In this document: positions 42,404-48,230 of the stretch, piece by piece
Position numbering within the stretch: position 1 is the stretch's first letter
Layout of the letters: each line of letters opens with the position of its first letter
DNA from: Clostridia bacterium
GTDB lineage: Bacteria > Bacillota > Clostridia > Christensenellales > Aristaeellaceae
Length of the DNA stretch: 48,230 bases
Assembly (NCBI GenBank): GCA_017437265.1
Contig: JAFSBN010000169.1
Span: 1 to 48,230, forward strand
Direction: 5' to 3'
Translations under genes and position numbers: made by a program
Notes under the pieces: generated by a model
Told to the model about the DNA's origin: nothing
Database searches by the model: none
Seen by the model: the letters and a program-made list of their open reading frames with translations, nothing else

Positions 42404-43870
42404 ATGAAGAAGACAAACGAGATCTGGGGAAAAATGAAAAAGAACAGGAAATTGCGCTGCGGCGGCTTTTCTGTGCTGCTTTCCTGCCTTGCGGTAATGA
42501 TCTGCGTGCTGGTTATTTTCCTGTGCGATGCGGTGGAAAACAAATACGCCCTGACCCGGGATTTTTCCTTCAATGCGGCCACCATGCAGGGGGAAGTGAG
42601 CCGGACGGTGATCGACCAATTGGAAAAGGACGTGCACATTTACGCTGTTATTCCTCAGACAGGGGAAAACAATACCCTGATGCAGCTGCTGGAAAGATAC
42701 GATGCCGCATCGGAGCATATCTCCCTGTCCCGGGAGAGCATCCTGAAAAACCCGGTGCTGATGGAAAGATTTTCCGATGCCATTGGGGAAAATAAAGTAT
42801 CTGACGATTGTCTGATCGTTCATTGCGCGCAAACGGGCCGCACCCGGGTGTTGGATGCGGATGATTATTATGTGTATGCTTACGACACCCAGACCGGCGT
42901 TTTTTCGGAAGCGGGGCTGACATACGAAAAAAGCATTACGGAGGCCATCTTGTATGTGAGCGGGGATGAACTGCCGCTTTTGCAGATCCTCACCGGTCAG
43001 GGAGAATTGACAAAAAGCGATGTATCGGCCATGGAAAGCCTGCTGGTATCGGCCAATTACGAGGTAAAATGGGTGCAGCTGGGGGAAGACCCATTGGATG
43101 CACAAAGCCCTCTGATGATTCTCAGTCCCTATTTTGATTTTTCGGAAAATGAGCTTTCGGAGATGATGGATTTTGCCATGGCCGGCGGCGATTTCCTCAT
43201 TGCCACCCAGTATACAGATCCGTTGGATATGGAGAATTTCAATGCGCTGCTCAGGGCCTATGGGGTGGAGATGCTGCCCGGTCTTGTGATTGCGGACAGT
43301 GAGGATACCGACAGCTATTATGCCGATACGCCGGTGTGGCTGATGCCTTATATGCAGGAAACCGTGGCCACGCTGCCCCTGATGGAAAGCGCCATGGATA
43401 TTCTGCTTTTGCCCGGTGCCAGGGCCTTTGAAATTCTGGAAACTGCCGGGGCGAACATGAACGTGTTTCCTGTGCTGGAAAGCGGAAAGGCCTATATCCG
43501 CAATTATCACGACGGACAGGATACCACGGTGCAGCAGCCGGAGGATTTGACCGGATATTTCCCCCTGGCCGTGTGGACGGATAAAATGTTTGACGACGGT
43601 GCCATCTCTCATGCGCTGATCATCGGCAATGTGGACGTGCTGACGGACAGCTGGCTGCAAAACAACACCCATGCATCTTCCTTCCTGCTGCAGATGCTGC
43701 GGTCGCTGCAGGGAAAAAGTCCTGTGAATCTGGATATTGTGCCCAAGAACGCCCTGAGAGAGGGATTGAAGCTCACCGGCATCACCCCGGCGGTGATTGT
43801 AACGGTGCTGCTGCCGCTGCTTGTGTTATGCGGGGCGCTGCTTGTGCTGCTGCCCAGAAAGAGGCGGTAA
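42404..43870 (+). CDS. GldG-like ABC transporter auxiliary protein
   Basis: N- and C-terminal TM anchors flanking a large extracytoplasmic domain, immediately after the ABC-2 permease. Assignment rests on architecture and context. Confidence 0.7.
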   Translation: MKKTNEIWGKMKKNRKLRCGGFSVLLSCLAVMICVLVIFLCDAVENKYALTRDFSFNAATMQGEVSRTVIDQLEKDVHIYAVIPQTGENNTLMQLLERYDAASEHISLSRESILKNPVLMERFSDAIGENKVSDDCLIVHCAQTGRTRVLDADDYYVYAYDTQTGVFSEAGLTYEKSITEAILYVSGDELPLLQILTGQGELTKSDVSAMESLLVSANYEVKWVQLGEDPLDAQSPLMILSPYFDFSENELSEMMDFAMAGGDFLIATQYTDPLDMENFNALLRAYGVEMLPGLVIADSEDTDSYYADTPVWLMPYMQETVATLPLMESAMDILLLPGARAFEILETAGANMNVFPVLESGKAYIRNYHDGQDTTVQQPEDLTGYFPLAVWTDKMFDDGAISHALIIGNVDVLTDSWLQNNTHASSFLLQMLRSLQGKSPVNLDIVPKNALREGLKLTGITPAVIVTVLLPLLVLCGALLVLLPRKRR

Positions 43871-43876
43871 AGAAAA

Positions 43877-45325
43877 ATGCAGAAAGTACCCCGGAAACAA
43901 GGAAAAAAAGACAGAAAAATGAGCCTGGTGCTGCTTGCGGCAGCCGGGCTCTTGCTGCTGTGCGCAGGGGCATATTTGCTGCTTTCCCGGCCGGCGGATT
44001 TGCCCGCTCCGGAAAAGGCGGAAGAAATATGGATTGTGGACGAAGAAGCCGAAAACATTCTGGGGCTTCTGATTGCCCCGGGGGAGGGCGCTTCCTATCC
44101 GCTGGTGAGAATAAATGAAGGCATGCGCCTCTTTGGTCAGGAAGAAATGCCGCTTCGGGATGATGTGGTGGAAGAAATGCTGGAGGCAGCCGGGCATCTG
44201 AAGGCGGTGCACGTGATCGGCCGGCCGGAAGAAATTTCGGCCCGGCTTTCGGACTTTGGGCTGGAGGAGCCTTCCCTTCGGGTGGCGCTGACGCTTTCCG
44301 AAAATGAAAAGAAGGAAATTCTCTTTGGCAATTCTGTGCCGGAAGCGGAAGAGGAAATGTATTATTGCCTGGCGGATGGCGTGGTATACACTGTGCTGGC
44401 AGCGCCCTGCGATGCATTGTTTCACGATGCGGAATACCTGCGGGCGTTTGATCAGCCGGAATTGCAAAGCGATCTGATTGACCGGATTGAACTGACGGGC
44501 GATAAGGAAATGACGCTGCAGTACACGCCTGTTGGGTTTCTGATGGAAAGGCCATACCAATATCCCGCCGATAAGCAGAAAATGAATGCTCTGCTGAAAA
44601 AGCTGGACGATATGGCCTTTGAAGCCTATCTGGGTACCCCGGAAGAAAACGATATGGCGGCCCTGGGGCTGGAAAAGCCCTGCCTCACCGTTGTATTGAC
44701 CCAGGCAGAAAGCGTGATCAGCGGTATTACGGCAGAAGGGGAAAGCGTCTCCTTCACTGTGCCGGAAAAAAAATACACCCTTCAGATTGGCAATGAAACG
44801 GGAAAGAGCGGCGTGTACGTATGCTGGGAAGGCGGCGTGTACAAGGCCAGCAATTTCCTGCTGGGTTTGTGGAAGGAATTGCAGACAGAAGAATTTTTGT
44901 CCCGCACGCCCATGGATTTTCAGGTGGAGCAATTGTCTTCCCTGACGGTTCAAAAAGACGGTGTTCAAACCTGTTACCGGGTGGAGATGGTGGAAGCAGT
45001 GACGGAAAACAACGAAATTGCTGCCGATGAATACGGACAGACCCTCTATGATGCCAGGGTGTATAAAAACGGCATGGAGACAGATGCGTCCGCTTTTCTC
45101 TCCTGGTATCTGCAATTGAACAGCCTGGCTTTCTCCGGAAAAGTGCAGGACGGATGGGAAAAAAGCGGAGAGAAGCTGGCGGAAATTGTAATAGATACGG
45201 ATGTGCTGGCGCGCAGCATTGCCTTTTATCCCTACGATGCGCTGCATGCGGTGATGACGGTGGATGGAAAAGGGGTGTATTATCTGGAAAAAACGGCCCT
45301 TTCACTGCTGGAAAATCTGCCGTAA
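43877..45325 (+). CDS. DUF4340-like membrane-anchored protein
   Basis: N-terminal TM segment (LVLLAAAGLLLLCAGAYLLL) and position directly after the GldG-like gene. The family call is by context only. Confidence 0.55.
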   Translation: MQKVPRKQGKKDRKMSLVLLAAAGLLLLCAGAYLLLSRPADLPAPEKAEEIWIVDEEAENILGLLIAPGEGASYPLVRINEGMRLFGQEEMPLRDDVVEEMLEAAGHLKAVHVIGRPEEISARLSDFGLEEPSLRVALTLSENEKKEILFGNSVPEAEEEMYYCLADGVVYTVLAAPCDALFHDAEYLRAFDQPELQSDLIDRIELTGDKEMTLQYTPVGFLMERPYQYPADKQKMNALLKKLDDMAFEAYLGTPEENDMAALGLEKPCLTVVLTQAESVISGITAEGESVSFTVPEKKYTLQIGNETGKSGVYVCWEGGVYKASNFLLGLWKELQTEEFLSRTPMDFQVEQLSSLTVQKDGVQTCYRVEMVEAVTENNEIAADEYGQTLYDARVYKNGMETDASAFLSWYLQLNSLAFSGKVQDGWEKSGEKLAEIVIDTDVLARSIAFYPYDALHAVMTVDGKGVYYLEKTALSLLENLP

Positions 45326-45367
45326 ATTGCAAAGGGATTGAAAAATTGTTAAGTTTTTCAGACTGGA

Positions 45368-45396
45368 TTGCATAAAAATTGTATTCATGCTATACT
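45368..45396 (+). promoter_or_regulatory. Candidate sigma-A promoter of the BMP/ABC operon
   Basis: TTGCAT (45368-45373), 17-nt spacer, TATACT (45391-45396). Confidence 0.5.
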
Positions 45397-45442
45397 GAAG
45401 GCACAAAGAACCCTGAAGGGAAATATTGAGGAGGAGATACCC

Positions 45443-46639
45443 ATGAAAAAGTTTGCTGCTCTTTTGCTGGCCGTTGTGATGCTGATGGGCATGGTGTCCT
45501 TTGCATCTGCCGAAGACACCAAGATCGCCATGATCACTGACTACGGCGATATCACCGACCAGTCCTTCAACCAGACCACCTGGGAAGCCGTTGTGAAGTT
45601 CGGCACTGAAAACAATGTGGAATACAAGTATTTCAAGCCTGCTACCAACGACACCGCCGGCCGCGTGGCTCAGGTGGAAGTGGCCATCGATGAAGGCTAC
45701 AACGTACTGGTAATGCCCGGTTACGCTTTCGGCGGCACCATCGCTGAAATCGCCGGCGAATTCCCCGAAGTGAAGTTCATTGCTCTGGACGTTGCCAAGG
45801 GCGACCTGCTGGAAGGCGGCGTGGCTCTCAAGGGCGAAGCTTACGACTATAACCCCGACAACTGGAACCTGACGGACTATGTGCACATGGACAATGTGTA
45901 CTGCGCCATCTATCAGGAAGAACTGTGCGGCTACATGGCCGGTTACGCTGCTGTGAAGCTGGGCTACACCAAGCTGGGCTTCCTGGGCGGCATGGCTGTT
46001 CCCGCTGTTATCCGCTACGGCTACGGCTTTGTGCAGGGCTGCGACGCTGCTGCCAAGGAACTGAACATCAACGTTGATGTGAAGTATGTGTACGGCAACC
46101 AGTTCTTCGGCGATGCCGACATCACCGCTTACATGGACAACTGGTACCAGAACGGCACCGAAGTTGTGTTCGCCTGCGGCGGCGGTATCTACACCTCTGC
46201 TGTTGACGCCGCCAAGAAGGTGGAAGGCGCCAAGGTGATCGGTGTTGACGTGGACCAGGCTGCTGTTATCACCAACTATGCTGCCGGCGAAGGCGCTTCT
46301 GAAGAAGAAATCGCCAAGTGGGCTGACCTGACCGTGACCTCTGCCATGAAGGGTCTGGAACCCGCCACCATCGACGCCCTGACTGACGTTGTGATCAACG
46401 GCAAGTGGGAAGACTATGCCGGCAAGATCGTCACCCTGGGCCTGGTTGGCGAAGATCCCGCTCTGAACTATGTGCAGATCGCCGGTTCCACCCAGTTTGA
46501 AGACGGCAAGTTCACTCAGGAAGATTACAAGGCTCTGGTGAAGGGCATGCTGGACGGCACCATCGTGGTTTCCGCCGACATCGCTGCCGAACCCGTTGTG
46601 ACCAACTCCAACGTGGAATACCTGGGCAACATCAAGTAA
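45443..46639 (+). CDS. BMP family (PnrA-like) ABC transporter substrate-binding protein
   Basis: ATG 45443 follows GAGGAGGAG. Signal MKKFAALLLAVVMLMGMVSFASA, then KIAMITDYGDITDQSFNQ. Confidence 0.88.
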   Translation: MKKFAALLLAVVMLMGMVSFASAEDTKIAMITDYGDITDQSFNQTTWEAVVKFGTENNVEYKYFKPATNDTAGRVAQVEVAIDEGYNVLVMPGYAFGGTIAEIAGEFPEVKFIALDVAKGDLLEGGVALKGEAYDYNPDNWNLTDYVHMDNVYCAIYQEELCGYMAGYAAVKLGYTKLGFLGGMAVPAVIRYGYGFVQGCDAAAKELNINVDVKYVYGNQFFGDADITAYMDNWYQNGTEVVFACGGGIYTSAVDAAKKVEGAKVIGVDVDQAAVITNYAAGEGASEEEIAKWADLTVTSAMKGLEPATIDALTDVVINGKWEDYAGKIVTLGLVGEDPALNYVQIAGSTQFEDGKFTQEDYKALVKGMLDGTIVVSADIAAEPVVTNSNVEYLGNIK

Positions 46640-46658
46640 TTTCAAAAACAGAAATTCG

Positions 46659-46695
46659 CTGCGGCGCCGATGAAAACCGGCGTTGCAGTTTTTTC
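46659..46695 (+). terminator. Intrinsic terminator or attenuator after the BMP gene
   Basis: CTGCGGCGCCG / CGGCGTTGCAG (two G-U pairs) followed by TTTTTT. Confidence 0.6.
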
Positions 46696-46829
46696 TTTGC
46701 CGCCAAAAAGCCTTTGCAAAGAAGGAAAGGCTGTGTTATACTATCATATAAGAAAAAACCACACAAAAACGGATGTGTATCGGATAGGCAGGGGGCATTT
46801 TCCCTGCATGCACGAAGGAGGTTGGCAAA

Positions 46830-48230
46830 TTGGAACAGTATGCAGTAGAGATGCTGCACATCACCAAACGCTTTCCCGGGATCATTGCCAATGATGATAT
46901 CACCCTGCAGCTGAAAAAGGGTGAAATTCATGCATTGCTGGGCGAAAACGGCGCAGGCAAATCCACGCTGATGAGCGTGCTTTTTGGTCTGTATGAGCCG
47001 GAAGAAGGGAAGATCCGCATCAACGGCAAGCCTGCCAGGATCAAAAATCCCAACGACGCCAATGAACTGGGGATCGGCATGGTGCACCAGCATTTCAAAT
47101 TGGTGGAATGTTTTACGGTGCTGGATAACATCATTCTGGGCGTGGAACCGGTGGACAGCCTTACGTTCCTGCAAAAGAAAGAGGCCCGGAAGAAGATTCT
47201 GGAAATGTCTCAGAAGTGGGGGCTGCATGTAAATCCGGACGCACTGGTATCCGACGTGACGGTGGGCATGCAGCAGCGCACCGAAATCCTGAAAATGCTC
47301 TATCGTGAAAACGATATCCTCATCTTTGACGAGCCCACCGCTGTGCTTACGCCTCAGGAAATTGACGAGCTGCTGCAGATTATGAAAAACCTGGCCGCGG
47401 AAGGCAAGTCCATCCTGTTCATTTCCCATAAGCTGAATGAAATCATGGCTGTGGCAGACCGGTGCAGCGTGTTGCGCAAAGGCCAGTACATCGGCACGGT
47501 GGATATTAAGAATACCACCAAGGCAGAGCTTTCACGGATGATGGTGGGCCGCGATGTGAAATTTGCTGTGGACAAGGAAGCGGCAACCCCCGGGGAAGAA
47601 GTGCTGCGGGTAGAAAAGATGACGGTTGCATCCCGGCAGCATGAAAATGATGCGGTGAAAAACGTTTCATTCTCCGTCCGGCGGGGGGAAATTGTGTGTA
47701 TTGCCGGTATCGACGGCAACGGCCAGAGCGAACTGGTCTTTGGCGTAACGGGGCTGGAGCCGCTCAAGAGCGGCAGCATCACCCTCTGCGGCAAAAACAT
47801 TTCCAAGGCCCCCATCCGTCAGCGCTCCCTTTCCGGCATGAGCCATATCCCGGAGGATCGGCATAAGCACGGTCTGGTGCTGGATTATACGCTGGAAGAC
47901 AATATGGTGCTGCAGCGGTATTACGAGCCCACTTTCACCAACCCCATGGGTTTCCTCAAGCGCAAGGCGATCCGGGGCTATGCGGAAAGGCTGATTGAGC
48001 AGTACGACGTACGCTCCGGCCAGGGGCCTGTTACCATGGCCCGCAGCATGTCCGGCGGCAACCAGCAAAAGGCCATCATTGCCCGCGAGATCGATAAGGA
48101 TCCGGAATTGCTGGTGGCGGTTCAGCCCACCCGCGGCCTGGACGTGGGTGCCATTGAATACATCCATCAGCAGATCGTGGCCCAGCGGGATGCCGGAAAG
48201 GCCGTGCTGCTGGTGAGCCTGGAACTGGAC
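46830..48230 (+). CDS. Two-domain ABC transporter ATP-binding protein (nucleoside/sugar type), 3' end cut by window edge
   Basis: Open frame to the window end, not in the track because it has no stop. GENGAGKST, HISHKLNE, second domain GIDGNGQSE, LSGGNQQK. TTG 46830 lies 8 nt after GAAGGAGG (alternative start ATG 46851). Confidence 0.88.
   Translation, partial: MEQYAVEMLHITKRFPGIIANDDITLQLKKGEIHALLGENGAGKSTLMSVLFGLYEPEEGKIRINGKPARIKNPNDANELGIGMVHQHFKLVECFTVLDNIILGVEPVDSLTFLQKKEARKKILEMSQKWGLHVNPDALVSDVTVGMQQRTEILKMLYRENDILIFDEPTAVLTPQEIDELLQIMKNLAAEGKSILFISHKLNEIMAVADRCSVLRKGQYIGTVDIKNTTKAELSRMMVGRDVKFAVDKEAATPGEEVLRVEKMTVASRQHENDAVKNVSFSVRRGEIVCIAGIDGNGQSELVFGVTGLEPLKSGSITLCGKNISKAPIRQRSLSGMSHIPEDRHKHGLVLDYTLEDNMVLQRYYEPTFTNPMGFLKRKAIRGYAERLIEQYDVRSGQGPVTMARSMSGGNQQKAIIAREIDKDPELLVAVQPTRGLDVGAIEYIHQQIVAQRDAGKAVLLVSLELD

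Overview
This is a 48.2-kb chromosomal segment from a Firmicute of roughly 55% GC. Gene content and codon style suggest Clostridia, possibly Oscillospiraceae/Ruminococcaceae, but that is inference only.

Most of the window is housekeeping:
- ackA (3' part) and a drm/deoB-punA-scpA-scpB-M50 protease block.
- plsX-acpP-rnc-smc-ftsY.
- A GNAT, an alpha/beta hydrolase, a membrane-anchored MurF-like ligase and ddl.
- An L,D-transpeptidase, metNIQ behind a promoter/antiterminator/terminator leader, galM, and a VanY-like peptidase.
- An ECF-type sigma/anti-sigma/secreted-protein operon, GT4 plus a lactonase, and a short spoIIR-like gene.
- A GldA/F/G-type ABC system with a DUF4340-like gene, and a BMP-type ABC importer truncated at the 3' edge.

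Two things stand out.
1. A ~413-nt intergenic element occurs twice in the same orientation (2415-2827 and 27770-28181). The two copies have almost identical length and patchy sequence identity. Several helices keep their pairing through compensatory changes, there is an embedded bidirectional terminator hairpin, and the ends are palindromic inverted termini. I cannot assign it to any RNA or IS family I know. It looks like an undescribed structured RNA or a non-autonomous mobile element.
2. A 9.7-kb accessory locus (about 7358-17071) is wedged between the scpAB and plsX-smc blocks. It encodes four TasA/camelysin-fold paralogues with SipW-type signal peptides. One is a 1,892-aa giant that carries adhesin-like beta-helix and Ig-like modules, strongly AT-shifted patches, and a C-terminal Hint autoprocessing domain lacking intein C-terminal splice residues. 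No SipW peptidase, sortase signal, toxin or immunity gene is visible in the window.

No tRNA, rRNA, CRISPR array, transposase or integrase was seen. All homology calls come from reading motifs by eye. No database search, covariance model or exact composition calculation was run.
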